This document shows positions 52,113-61,879 of a DNA stretch of 64,000 nt, piece after piece; position 1 is the stretch's first letter; the number at the start of each line of letters is the position of its first letter. The position numbers were made by a program, and so were the translations under genes. A model generated the notes under the pieces. It made no database searches. It saw nothing but the letters and a program-made list of their open reading frames with translations, and was not told the DNA's origin. The stretch comes from Spirochaetales bacterium (GTDB lineage Bacteria; Spirochaetota; Spirochaetia; Sphaerochaetales; Sphaerochaetaceae). Where the stretch lies: assembly GCA_012519115.1 (NCBI GenBank), contig JAAYQW010000050.1, positions 2,459 to 66,458 on the forward strand. Direction: 5' to 3'.

Positions 52113-52988
52113 CTAGAGCTGAGGAAGCGTCGGCTGGATGTTCGGATCGAAGATGAGCCTGGAATCTTTGCGCAGCTCATAACAGTATTGACGAAGCTTA
52201 TCGGAAAAAAGCCGGTCGCTCATCTTTGAGGAGTCAATCATCTCGGGGGTGATCGTGGAACCGATGACCATCCTGAGGGTCTTTCCTTTCAGCTTGAACA
52301 TCTCGTCAACCAGGAAGATCGTCTCGATTGAAAGCCTGATGTTCAGAAGTTTTCGCAAGCGGGTCCACCAATGTACTTTCCTGCTCAGCTGGCCGTCGGT
52401 GTACACGATGAGGATCGGCATCCGTTTCCTTCGGGCGATTCGAACGAAGGAAGACTGCCAACCGTAGTCGAAGATCTCTCCGTTGGAAAGGACCCGCGAG
52501 CAATATCCGGCCGGATAAAAAATCAGACTGTTTCGGTTGTTTGCCGCTTCCATCAAGGTCTTCACTTCACGCTTGTTGAACACGCATGCTTTTTCAACGG
52601 GCTTGATGAACTTCAAGAATGATTGAGCCACCAGCTTCGCGTCGGGAAAGAGCCGATGGACGATGGAGAACAGGACCATCGCCTCCGGCCCTCCATAGGG
52701 ATGGTTGGAAGCGAAGATGACCGGCTCGCCTTCAAGGGCGGTCAGAGCCTCGATCCCTTGGCCGTCGATGACGATCTCAAAATCGAGATAGGAGACCACC
52801 GCATCAAGAAACGTCTGGGTGTCATCATCGTGATGGGCTTCAAAAAACTCGTTGAGCTCTTCGACGTGAAGAAGCTTCTCCAGTTTTCTATACATGAAAC
52901 GAGGGATGAGCCTGGCGAGTTTAGGATTGACCTTCTTCGCTAGCGAAGGAAGGTCAATCGGTTGATATGGTTTCGAGCTCTTGTCCAT
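52113..52988 (-). CDS. Lysophospholipid/glycerol acyltransferase (PlsC-like)
   Basis: ASNHPYGGPE (HX4D-like with Glu) and IFYPAG. Confidence 0.75.
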   Translation of the reverse strand: MDKSSKPYQPIDLPSLAKKVNPKLARLIPRFMYRKLEKLLHVEELNEFFEAHHDDDTQTFLDAVVSYLDFEIVIDGQGIEALTALEGEPVIFASNHPYGGPEAMVLFSIVHRLFPDAKLVAQSFLKFIKPVEKACVFNKREVKTLMEAANNRNSLIFYPAGYCSRVLSNGEIFDYGWQSSFVRIARRKRMPILIVYTDGQLSRKVHWWTRLRKLLNIRLSIETIFLVDEMFKLKGKTLRMVIGSTITPEMIDSSKMSDRLFSDKLRQYCYELRKDSRLIFDPNIQPTLPQL

Positions 52989-53015
52989 GGCGCGAAGTTT
53001 AGCACATTTTTGCTT

Positions 53016-54338
53016 TTATCTCACCTTTTTAATGATCGCCTTGTAGAAGTCGACCGCAGGCGGCAGGACCGCGGCGTCGATGTTCTCATCGGCGGCATGG
53101 ATCGAAGCATGTTGCTGATTGTTGATTTGCAATGGAGCGAACCGGATCGCATTGTCCGTAACGATGCGATAGTGATAGGCATCCGTTCCGCCGGTCATTA
53201 CGTAGGGGGTCGCCACGACGCCGGGAAAGAGTTCATTGACGGTCTCTTCGACGATCTTGAACGCATTGCCGTTGAAATCCACCGGCATTTGCAGATCGCG
53301 GCAGTGATCTTCGATCTTCAGTTCGATATCATACTTTTTCGCGATGGGAGCGAGAATGGCCATCGTCTCCTCGACTCCCTGATGCTGGATGAAGCGGGTG
53401 TTTATATTCACTTTGGCGACTTGAGGCAAAACGTTTCGGCCGAGGGATCCCTCGGCCATCGTGAACGCCATCGTCGTTTTCATCATCGCGGCGATGACTG
53501 GACTTTTTTTCGGCAGGACTCGTTTCAGTACCGGTTTCAGGAATCGGGCGTTCCGAAGAACGAAGCCGAGAGATCCATCCGCCTTGCTTCCGATTCGCCG
53601 GAACATCTCCATCAAGGTCGGGCTGAGCTCGACGGTGTTGGGATCGTGCTTCTCCAGTTCGTTGACAAAGCCGGCCAGACGGGCGAGGGGGGAGTTCTTC
53701 GGCGGAGTGGAGGCATGCCCGCCTTTGCCATGTGCGATGGCGACGATGTCCCCATATCCTTTTTCGACCGTTCCGATCATCGCGAAGCGGCCTTTGACCC
53801 CCTTGATCGGTTCATCGACCACCATTCCTCCCTCATCCATCAGGAGCTGGAGGCGGATGCCATGCTCATGAAGATATCTTGCCGCATTTATGGCTCCCGT
53901 TCCCGTGACCTCTTCATTCCACGAAGAAGCGATATAGAAATCGACTTCGGGGACGTAGTCTTCTTCAAGCAGCTCCTCGGCCGCCTGAAGGATGCACATC
54001 AATGCTCCCTTGGTATCGACGGTTCCCCGGCCCCAGACCTTGCCATCGGCGATCTTGCCGCTGAAGGGAGGATGTTTCCACTCCCCCTCGGCGGAAACCA
54101 CGTCCTGGTGACTCATGAGGAGCACCGCCTCGCCCTCGGTTTTTCCCTTGAGGCGCATCAAAAGTCCGTTTTCAATCGGAAGCCTCTTAAAGGAGGAGAA
54201 CACCTTGGGAAAGAGCTTTGCAAGGACCTCCTCGCTTTTGACGAACTTCTCTTCATGGGTTTTTCCCGGTTCACTGATCGTTTCCACCTGAATCATCTTC
54301 GAGAGCAGCTTGGCATACTGTTTTTCCCGTTTGGTCAT
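53016..54338 (-). CDS. M20 family metallopeptidase/amidohydrolase
   Basis: SHQDVV, WGRGTVDTKG, NEEV, DEGG, GGHAS, GGTDA and IHAADE; true start MTKREK at 54338. Confidence 0.9.
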   Translation of the reverse strand: MTKREKQYAKLLSKMIQVETISEPGKTHEEKFVKSEEVLAKLFPKVFSSFKRLPIENGLLMRLKGKTEGEAVLLMSHQDVVSAEGEWKHPPFSGKIADGKVWGRGTVDTKGALMCILQAAEELLEEDYVPEVDFYIASSWNEEVTGTGAINAARYLHEHGIRLQLLMDEGGMVVDEPIKGVKGRFAMIGTVEKGYGDIVAIAHGKGGHASTPPKNSPLARLAGFVNELEKHDPNTVELSPTLMEMFRRIGSKADGSLGFVLRNARFLKPVLKRVLPKKSPVIAAMMKTTMAFTMAEGSLGRNVLPQVAKVNINTRFIQHQGVEETMAILAPIAKKYDIELKIEDHCRDLQMPVDFNGNAFKIVEETVNELFPGVVATPYVMTGGTDAYHYRIVTDNAIRFAPLQINNQQHASIHAADENIDAAVLPPAVDFYKAIIKKVR

Positions 54339-55009
54339 TGGAGGGCTCCTTTCTTGTGGAAGAAATAGGTGATAGCGATCGCGATACCTCCGATGAGAAT
54401 CATCATGACCGTTGTTTGAGCGATGAGGGCGGGAATCGCAATCGAAAGACCGATCATCAGGATCAATGGAACCGCGCTGATCTTCCAGCTCTTGAAGAAG
54501 TACTGGGCACCGAGCGCTCCGAACAGAGCGGGCAGCAGGTTGTCGAACGCCGGGCGGAGGGTCGGATTGTTCAGGACGGGGGTCAGAGGAATCAACAGGA
54601 GGACTCCGATGAAGATTACCAGCATCGTAACCAGGGATGAAACCCCGACCGCCAACGTCGTGATGATCGAATCTTCGGGAGTTCCCGCCTGAGTCTTGGC
54701 GATTTCCCGGGCGTTGTAGGCACACGGCAGTTTCATATTGATGATATTGCCGGTGATGAAAGAGAGATAGGAGCCGCCCGACCCGAGGATCGGCACATAG
54801 ATCAGAAATTCGACGATGCAGATCGGCAGATAGGTGATCGAGACGCGGAGGAGACCTTTTGCAAATCCTGACCAGGAAAGCGAGGTGCCGAGCACTACCG
54901 AAAAAACGAGGGGAAGCGTCAGCAGAGAGAGAATCCCGATCGTGTTCGTGATCCGCCCGAGGCGATGGATCGAGTTGTCATACTGCTCATAATCAAATGA
55001 TTTGTTCAT
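54335..55009 (-). CDS. Hypothetical membrane protein (partner of the DUF5058 protein)
   Basis: About 6 TM; YVPILGSGGSYLSFITGNIINMKLPCA and LPALFGALG motifs. Confidence 0.8.
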   Translation of the reverse strand: MNKSFDYEQYDNSIHRLGRITNTIGILSLLTLPLVFSVVLGTSLSWSGFAKGLLRVSITYLPICIVEFLIYVPILGSGGSYLSFITGNIINMKLPCAYNAREIAKTQAGTPEDSIITTLAVGVSSLVTMLVIFIGVLLLIPLTPVLNNPTLRPAFDNLLPALFGALGAQYFFKSWKISAVPLILMIGLSIAIPALIAQTTVMMILIGGIAIAITYFFHKKGALQ

Positions 55010-55019
55010 TCCATTCCTC

Positions 55020-55754
55020 CTACAGGGCCAGCAGGACCGCGGCGGTCATCGCGATCAGCATCGAAAGGGAGAGGGAGAAGTTCTCCATCCATGCCAGTTG
55101 TTTTTCATTCACGAGGTATTCACACCCTTTCATCACCAATCCTGCGACCAGTGCCGTGAGAAGCGGAAGAAAGTGTTTGAAGACCACCGCTTCGGCGACG
55201 TAGGAACCGATGAACGTTCCACAGAAGCCGATGAACATCGCGACCATCGCCCAGTCGGCGAAACTCTTTCCTTCCTTCTTTTTCGATTTGTTGAGCAGTT
55301 GGGTTGATTTGCGGGAATATGATTTTCCGAAGAAAATCGTCGCGATGATTCCCCAGCTGATTCCGGTGGTCATCACCAGGACGATCGTCACCAAGTGACC
55401 GGTGGTCAATGAGGCGGCATCCTTCAGGGAAACGCCCATCGCCTGAGAAGCGGCTTCTGCGGCGATCGCTTCATAGGAGAGGTTGCCCACGACCGAAAGG
55501 CGAAGCCAGGAGGAGGGCACCCCCAACGATCCGGAGAGGGCGATCACTCCCAGTAGGATGGAAATCGAAGGCAGAACGGTGAAGAGGGCACTTGCCGTGA
55601 TTGTTGTTCTCAGAACGTTGCGGTCCATTCCCATCTTGAGTCCGGCAAGATAGCTCTTTCGGGTAAAGAGCACGCAGCTGATTGCGACGAAGAGCAGGAC
55701 CACCCCGACCAGTATGTACAACGGGGCACTGTTGGCTTGACTAAAGTAATCCAT
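55020..55754 (-). CDS. DUF5058 family membrane protein
   Basis: FTVLPSISILLG...LGVPSSWLRLSVVGNLSYE...SLSMLIAM; GGAGGTG SD before 55754. Confidence 0.8.
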   Translation of the reverse strand: MDYFSQANSAPLYILVGVVLLFVAISCVLFTRKSYLAGLKMGMDRNVLRTTITASALFTVLPSISILLGVIALSGSLGVPSSWLRLSVVGNLSYEAIAAEAASQAMGVSLKDAASLTTGHLVTIVLVMTTGISWGIIATIFFGKSYSRKSTQLLNKSKKKEGKSFADWAMVAMFIGFCGTFIGSYVAEAVVFKHFLPLLTALVAGLVMKGCEYLVNEKQLAWMENFSLSLSMLIAMTAAVLLAL

Positions 55755-55809
55755 TGTCACCTCCATTGGAGGCAGTGTATCAAATTATGGGGATGGAGGC
55801 GATGGATAT

Positions 55810-57003
55810 TTACGCCAATCGAGCCAAGAGGAAGGGGAAAACGACCACATTTCCGATCGATCCGCCGAGACTCGTGAGGAGGAACACCACTAGGATGTGG
55901 AGGACGCGGTTGCGATACCAGCCCTTCAGCTTCACGGCATCATCGTTGAGGTTTTCAAAATCCCTGACTTTGGGTTTGCGGAGCGTGGCCTGCAAGAGGC
56001 CGCTTACCATCCCCACCCCGATCGCCGGATGAAGGCTGGTGATCGGGCTTGCCAGAACCGAAACGAGAATATTTATCGGATGGGCCAGCGCCAGAATCGA
56101 TCCGAGGGCGGTAAACGACATGTTCACCGCCAGCCAGAGACCGACCATCTTGATTCCTTCGGCTCGGCCGAAGGAGAGGAATCCGTAGAGAAGAAGAGAG
56201 ACGATGAGGACCGGGAAGATCCATGAAAGGACTTTGGATGATTTTGGGGATGCGGGGACGTCGGCGATCTGAGTGACATCCGTATCAAGCTGCTTCGAGT
56301 CGAGGGCTTCCAGCGTTTTGACGATTCCGTTCATATGACCCGCCCCGATGACCGCGAGCTTGTTCTCGCCGGGAGCAAGGTAGATCTTCGTAGCCAGGTA
56401 ACGGTCGCGTTCATCGATCAGAACCGATTTCACCGCGGGCAATTCAGAAGCCATCTCGTCCATCATCTGCTGCATCACGTCCGCTTTCTTCAAATCCTCC
56501 AAGTCTTCTTCGCTGAGCTTCTCGTTGGAAAAGACCGCGCTGATGATCGTTGCGATCAGTTTGGCCTTATTCCAGAGATTGCTCATTCTCCACGCTCGTT
56601 TAAAGGTGACTTGAATCTCCCGGTCGCAGAGGGAGAAGGGGATTTCTTTTTCTTTGGCCAGGCGCGCCGCTTTGAGAATCTCCGCTCCCGGTTGCGTGTC
56701 CGTTTCGTCGCCCATCCGTTTTTGGAAGGAGGCGAGGGCCATATTGGCGAGAAGGAGGAACCCTTTGCCCTCCTTGAGGACTTTCTTGATGTCCATGTTC
56801 GACCAGGAGCTTTCCTCTTCCTTGTTCTTCATCCGCCCCATATCCAATTCAAGGCAGATATGATCGGGCATTTCAGTTTCAATCGCCTCGGCGACCTCAT
56901 CCACACTGTGTTTGGAGACGTGAGCGGTCCCGATGAGATGAATCTTTTTTCCATCGGCGAGGGTGATGAGGCGGCGGGTGTCACTGAGCTCTAAGACGGT
57001 CAT
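55810..57003 (-). CDS. TraB/PrgY family protein with C-terminal TM segments
   Basis: LIGTAHVS, CLELD, QPGAEI, LCDREI, LIDERD and VIGAGH; start at 57003. Confidence 0.88.
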   Translation of the reverse strand: MTVLELSDTRRLITLADGKKIHLIGTAHVSKHSVDEVAEAIETEMPDHICLELDMGRMKNKEEESSWSNMDIKKVLKEGKGFLLLANMALASFQKRMGDETDTQPGAEILKAARLAKEKEIPFSLCDREIQVTFKRAWRMSNLWNKAKLIATIISAVFSNEKLSEEDLEDLKKADVMQQMMDEMASELPAVKSVLIDERDRYLATKIYLAPGENKLAVIGAGHMNGIVKTLEALDSKQLDTDVTQIADVPASPKSSKVLSWIFPVLIVSLLLYGFLSFGRAEGIKMVGLWLAVNMSFTALGSILALAHPINILVSVLASPITSLHPAIGVGMVSGLLQATLRKPKVRDFENLNDDAVKLKGWYRNRVLHILVVFLLTSLGGSIGNVVVFPFLLARLA

Positions 57004-57084
57004 AGCCGTTAATATACTGAAGGTAGCGGTATTTAACAAGGGAATTTGACATTCCCGTCAGCTTTCGGCTAGAGTCATTTTCAT

Positions 57085-58029
57085 ATGGAGACCCTCATCT
57101 ATCTGGCAAAGCTTGCCTTGGCGCTTCTTCTTGGCAGTCTTTTTTCCAAAGCGATCGGAAAAGAACGACTGATCCGGTCAAGTGCGATCGGGCAGACGGT
57201 ATTGGTGTGGGTCCTGCTGTTCTTCATGGGAATCAATACCGGCCAGATCGAGAACATCGCCAGCGAACTGGGACATATCGGCCTCAGCGCGCTGGTTCTG
57301 ACACTCTTCGGTCTGGCGGGATCGATCGTCGTGGCAATCGCCGGTTCAAGCCTGTTCCTGCCCAAGGATCTTGACACCACGATTGCCGTGGCCCGGCGAA
57401 AAGAAGGATCCCTGCTCCGATATGTGTGGGATCTCCTGAAAGAACCGCTGTTCCTGATATCAATCGTCATTCTCGGAGTGCTGTTTGGAATGAACAGCAC
57501 CCTCTTCGATTGGTTCAAATCCTCCTATATCTCGTATCTGCTCTATATGATGCTCTTTTTCGTGGGAATGAATCTGATTCAGCGTTCGGTCTCCTTCAAA
57601 ACGGTGCTGCGCGACCCAAGCGTCTTTCTCTTGCCGATCTACACGATCGCGGGAACCCTCCTGGGAGCGTTCGGAGCCAGCCTTGTAACGTCCTTCACCT
57701 TTTGTGAAGCCGCCGGAATGCTCAGCGGGTTCGGATGGTATTCGCTTTCGGGAATTCTCATCAGCGATCTGGGATTTCCTCTTTTGGGTTCAATCTCTTT
57801 TCTTGCCAACCTGATGCGCGAAAGCTTCTCGTTCTTCCTCATCCCCTTCTTCGGGCGATTGGGAAAACGGTACTATTATCCGGCGGTCTCCTGTGGAGGG
57901 GCTACGACGATGGATGTGGTGCTCGTGCTTCTTTCCAAGCATTTCGGTTCTGCAACGACGATCGGATCAATCTATCACGGGGCGGCTACGAGTCTCTGTG
58001 CTCCGGTTCTCATACCGCTTTTCTTTTGA
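57085..58029 (+). CDS. LysO (DUF340) lysine exporter family protein
   Basis: LLFFMG, SGFGWYSLSG, NLMRE and GGATTMDV. Confidence 0.85.
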   Translation: METLIYLAKLALALLLGSLFSKAIGKERLIRSSAIGQTVLVWVLLFFMGINTGQIENIASELGHIGLSALVLTLFGLAGSIVVAIAGSSLFLPKDLDTTIAVARRKEGSLLRYVWDLLKEPLFLISIVILGVLFGMNSTLFDWFKSSYISYLLYMMLFFVGMNLIQRSVSFKTVLRDPSVFLLPIYTIAGTLLGAFGASLVTSFTFCEAAGMLSGFGWYSLSGILISDLGFPLLGSISFLANLMRESFSFFLIPFFGRLGKRYYYPAVSCGGATTMDVVLVLLSKHFGSATTIGSIYHGAATSLCAPVLIPLFF

Positions 58030-58435
58030 CCCACAGTTGGGCGACCGGAGCAAGACTTCCTTCCTTCAGGATTCTAAGATAGAGCAGATCACCTTCGTTC
58101 AGGACGAGTTCCTCCATGGGGAGCTCTTTGATCGAAGAAGGCAAGGGGAGCTGAACGAAGTGGTAGCGTCCCGATTCGAGAATATGATCGCCGTATACCG
58201 GATCGAGCTTCTCCGCCTTGGCGATTTTTTCCAACGTTCCCTCATCCAAGGGATCGGTCGTCCCAAGAAAGAGGACGTCCATCTCAGAGGAGAGAAGAAG
58301 GATTCTTTCGCTGCCGATCGGAGCTTGGTCGAGAAAGGCGATCAATGTCCGATATGCCGCTTCGGCGGAACTTCCCTCGTAGGGGAGTTTTTGGTACGCT
58401 AGGTTTTGGCGGAGGGAAAGGTTCATGATTCTCAT
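58010..58435 (-). CDS. Hypothetical protein
   Basis: MRIMNLSLRQNL...LYLRILKEG; TG-n-TAGAGT -10 box 7 nt before the ATG at 58435; the longer listed ORF overlaps the M48 gene. Confidence 0.55.
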   Translation of the reverse strand: MRIMNLSLRQNLAYQKLPYEGSSAEAAYRTLIAFLDQAPIGSERILLLSSEMDVLFLGTTDPLDEGTLEKIAKAEKLDPVYGDHILESGRYHFVQLPLPSSIKELPMEELVLNEGDLLYLRILKEGSLAPVAQLWVKRKAV

Positions 58436-58453
58436 TGAGGCCACTCTAGCAAA

Positions 58454-59149
58454 ATGAAAAGCACCGGTAAAGTAGGAACGATTCAATACACGCTGCTCAC
58501 CTCCCGGACGAATCGTCGGATCACGATTCGAGTCGGCCATGACGGGATGTTGACGATTCGAGCTCCGAAACGGGTAAGCAAACGAACTATCGAAGAGCTC
58601 ATCACCGAACATAAAGAACATCTCTTGAGCCGGATCGACGAAGAAGCGAGGGACGCTCATACCTATGAAGACGGCGATCGATTCCCGTATGCGGGAACGC
58701 TGGTCACCCTTCAGGTTCGAACAGGGGCAACGAATCGAGCGCATATCAAAGACGATCTTCTCGTCGTCTCCTCGCAAAACCCCCGGGATAAGGATCGGAT
58801 TCTTCGCCTGATCAAAGCTCTCTATCGAAAAGAGGCAGAAAAACGGATCAAACCGCTTGTGGAGCATTGGAGCCGAATCCTCGGAGTGTCAACACCCCGG
58901 TTCACGATCCGTGATTCGAAGAAGCGCTGGGGAAGCTGCTCGAAGGCGGGGCGGCTTAACTTCTCCCTCCGCTCTCAGGCGCTCGGAGATGAAGAGCTTT
59001 CCTATCTCGTTCTCCATGAGGTGGCTCATCTGCTCTATTTCGACCACTCCAAAGAATTCAAAACGATTCTTCAGACCCATATGAATGATTATAAGATTCG
59101 ACAGAAGAGGATGTTCGCCATGCAGCGAACCAGTCAGCTCATCCGCTGA
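58454..59149 (+). CDS. YgjP/DUF45 (M48-like) zinc metallohydrolase
   Basis: KKRWGSCS, LNFS and YLVLHEVAHL..DHSKEF. Confidence 0.88.
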   Translation: MKSTGKVGTIQYTLLTSRTNRRITIRVGHDGMLTIRAPKRVSKRTIEELITEHKEHLLSRIDEEARDAHTYEDGDRFPYAGTLVTLQVRTGATNRAHIKDDLLVVSSQNPRDKDRILRLIKALYRKEAEKRIKPLVEHWSRILGVSTPRFTIRDSKKRWGSCSKAGRLNFSLRSQALGDEELSYLVLHEVAHLLYFDHSKEFKTILQTHMNDYKIRQKRMFAMQRTSQLIR

Positions 59150-59199
59150 TATACATCCACCAACTCTTTAAGGTATATTGCCATGACAGGAGGATTAAT

Positions 59200-60417
59200 A
59201 TGATGAAACCGGATCTGTTAGCGGATAATGTATATCGAGTCGCAGCAAAAATCGGAAACCGGGATCTGTTTGAAGGCATCTGGCCGATTCCCGACGGAGT
59301 GATGCTTAACTCGTACGTCGTGAAGGGCAGCAGATTCAATGCGCTCATCGACGTGGTCAAGGATTGGAATGGGGCGCTTGATGTCATGAACAAGCAGCTC
59401 GATGATCTTTCGTTGACAACCGGCACATTGGACTTTTTGATCATCAACCACATGGAACCGGATCATACCGGCGCCCTCCGGGAGATCGTGCAACGACATC
59501 CGGATGTTCAAATACTGTGTTCACCGAAAGCGGTTCCGCTCATCAAAGCGTTCTATAAGATCGAAGAGAACGTTCACGCGGTGGCCGAGGGACAGACGCT
59601 CGACCTCGGAGGGAAGACGCTGACGTTCTACCTCACCCCGAACATTCACTGGCCGGAGACGATGATGACCTACCTTCAGGAGGATGGAATTCTCTTTTCG
59701 TGCGATGCGTTCGGATCGTTCGGTCGATTTGATCGCTGCTTCGATGATGAGCTTGATGAAGCGACGATGGTTCATCTCCAAAGCGAAACGGAGCGTTACT
59801 ATGCAAATATCGTATCTTCCTTCTCTTCCTTCGTTTTACGGGGAATCGATAAACTGAAGGATCTGAAGATAGCGATGGTCGCCCCAAGCCACGGCATCGT
59901 CTGGCGCTCTCACCCTGAGGCGATCATCAATCACTATGTAAAGCTCGCTTCCTACCTCAACGGGCCGCGGGAAAAAGAGGTTGCGCTCGTATGGTCGAGC
60001 ATGTACGGAAACACGCAAGCGTTGTTGGAATCGGTCATCGCCGGCGTTGAAAGCGAAGAATTGCCGATTCATGTCCTTCAGGTTCCCCAGACGCATGAAT
60101 CCTTCGTGCTGGAGAAAGTCTGGCGAAGCGAAGGGCTCATCTTCGGAATGCCCACCTATGAGTACAAGATGTTCCCGCCGGCGTATCACGTCTTGGATAC
60201 CCTTGCCCGCAGCCACGTCAAAGGAAGAAAAACGCTTCGTTTCGGCTCCTATGGGTGGTCCGGCGGAGCTCAGAAGCAATACGACGAGTTCGTCAACGCG
60301 ATGAAGCTTGAATGCGTAGCCGAAGCGATCGAGTTCCAAGGCTCGCCGACGCAGGAAGACAAAGACAAAGCGTTTGCCCGGGCGAAAGAACTGGCCAGGA
60401 TCATCAAAGCGATGTAA
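59200..60417 (+). CDS. fprA: Flavodiiron protein (A-type flavoprotein)
   Basis: NHMEPDH, HWPE, SCDAFG, APSHG and flavodoxin SMYGNT and FGSYGWSGGA. Confidence 0.93.
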   Translation: MMKPDLLADNVYRVAAKIGNRDLFEGIWPIPDGVMLNSYVVKGSRFNALIDVVKDWNGALDVMNKQLDDLSLTTGTLDFLIINHMEPDHTGALREIVQRHPDVQILCSPKAVPLIKAFYKIEENVHAVAEGQTLDLGGKTLTFYLTPNIHWPETMMTYLQEDGILFSCDAFGSFGRFDRCFDDELDEATMVHLQSETERYYANIVSSFSSFVLRGIDKLKDLKIAMVAPSHGIVWRSHPEAIINHYVKLASYLNGPREKEVALVWSSMYGNTQALLESVIAGVESEELPIHVLQVPQTHESFVLEKVWRSEGLIFGMPTYEYKMFPPAYHVLDTLARSHVKGRKTLRFGSYGWSGGAQKQYDEFVNAMKLECVAEAIEFQGSPTQEDKDKAFARAKELARIIKAM

Positions 60418-60420
60418 TCC

Positions 60421-61869
60421 CTACCGAATCGTCTCCAGAAGATATCGGGTAAACTCGCTGATTCGTCTGGTTGAAGAGATCGAAACCCGCTCCTTGGTGG
60501 AGTGAACCTCCTCCATATCCGGTCCGAAGGAAACCGAATCCATTCCCGAAACCCGGCTGTTGATGATTCCGCACTCCAAGCCGGCGTGGATCGCCGTCAC
60601 CTTGGCATCCTCCTCCGTGAACTCTTTCCATGCCTTGGCTGCCAACGCGGCAAGCGGGGAGTGGACGTTGGGTGTCCATGAAGGGTAGGCGCCGCTGTGT
60701 TTCGTCCGCGCCCCGGCCAGCTTGAAGATCGTGGCGAAGCGTCGGGCGACATCATCGCGAGCCGAAAGGATCGAGGAGCGATGACTGGCGCTCACATAGA
60801 ATCCCTCCTCGTCCAAAGAGAGAATGGCGAGGTTCGTAGAAGTCTCAACGATGCCCTCAATCGACATGCTCATCGCATCTACGCCATGAGGAGCGGCGTA
60901 AAGGGCATCAAACAGAGTGTTTGCGACCACACTTCTTTTTGGCGTCTCGACCTTTGTCACTTCAATGCTGATATTGGGATCAGCCACCTCGAATTCACCT
61001 TTGACTTCTTTTAACGTCGTGGCAACCAATTCGTAAAGTCTATGTTCTTCTTCTTTGGGAATTGAAAAACCGACCGTGGCGCTGGAGGGAATCACGTTGC
61101 GTTTCGAGCCGCCGGCCGCCTTGAACACACGCCACTCATCCAGTTGAGTCAAGATCCGGGCGGCGAGCTTGATCGCGTTGGCCCGCTGGGTATGGATCTC
61201 CGCTCCGCTGTGGCCACCCTTCAGGCCGGATACGGAAAGCTCAAACCCCTGGTGATGGGAGGGAGTCTCCTCCCAGAGGACATCCATGTACGCATTGGTT
61301 CCGACCCCTCCGGCGCAGCCGATGTAAAACACCCCTTCCTCTTCACTGTCGAGATTGATCAAGAACCGGCTGTCGATGTTCTTCTTTTCAATTCCGAACG
61401 CTCCGGCAAGTCCGGTTTCTTCGGCGACGGTGAAGATCGCCTCCAACGGACCGTGCTTGGCATCCTTGTCAGCGAGGATTTCCAGAATCAGCGCAACGGC
61501 GATTCCGTTGTCCGCTCCGAGAGAGGTGTCCTTGGCCTTGATCCAATCGCCGTCACGAACCAGTCGGATCGGGTCGGTTTCAAAGTTGTGCGTTGAATTC
61601 TCGGTCTTAACGCATACCATATCCATATGGCCTTGAAGGGCTACCGAAGGGCGTCCTTCAAATCCTTTAGCCGCCGGTTTTTTGATGATGACGTTTCCGA
61701 CCTCTTCGACGATCGAGGTGAGGTCATGTTCCTTGGCGAATGAAAGAAGGTACTGACGTACCCCTTCTTCATTTCCCGATTCACGGGGAATCGCTGAAAG
61801 GTCGGAAAAATAGGACCAGAGGGCATGTGGCTCAAGGTCTCGTACTGCGTCTTGCATGAAATACTCCAT
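60421..61869 (-). CDS. pepD: Aminoacyl-histidine dipeptidase
   Basis: IPRESGNE, LQGHMDMV, LGADNGI, EETGL, NLDSEE, GGHSG, HAGLECG and VHSTKE. Confidence 0.93.
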   Translation of the reverse strand: MEYFMQDAVRDLEPHALWSYFSDLSAIPRESGNEEGVRQYLLSFAKEHDLTSIVEEVGNVIIKKPAAKGFEGRPSVALQGHMDMVCVKTENSTHNFETDPIRLVRDGDWIKAKDTSLGADNGIAVALILEILADKDAKHGPLEAIFTVAEETGLAGAFGIEKKNIDSRFLINLDSEEEGVFYIGCAGGVGTNAYMDVLWEETPSHHQGFELSVSGLKGGHSGAEIHTQRANAIKLAARILTQLDEWRVFKAAGGSKRNVIPSSATVGFSIPKEEEHRLYELVATTLKEVKGEFEVADPNISIEVTKVETPKRSVVANTLFDALYAAPHGVDAMSMSIEGIVETSTNLAILSLDEEGFYVSASHRSSILSARDDVARRFATIFKLAGARTKHSGAYPSWTPNVHSPLAALAAKAWKEFTEEDAKVTAIHAGLECGIINSRVSGMDSVSFGPDMEEVHSTKERVSISSTRRISEFTRYLLETIR

Positions 61870-61879
61870 GGTTAGCTGA

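Noticed and set aside
52988-53003. Sigma54-like TGGCGC...TAGC element
   Set aside because: GG-to-GC spacing is 11 nt rather than 10, and it points antisense into the M20 gene 3' end
54339-54725. N-terminal extension of the M20 peptidase
   Set aside because: Out-of-frame overlap with the upstream membrane gene; the ATG at 54338 has an SD and an ATGA coupling
55810-57003. TraB as evidence of a conjugative element
   Set aside because: TraB/PrgY proteins are common chromosomal genes, and there is no relaxase, T4SS or integrase nearby
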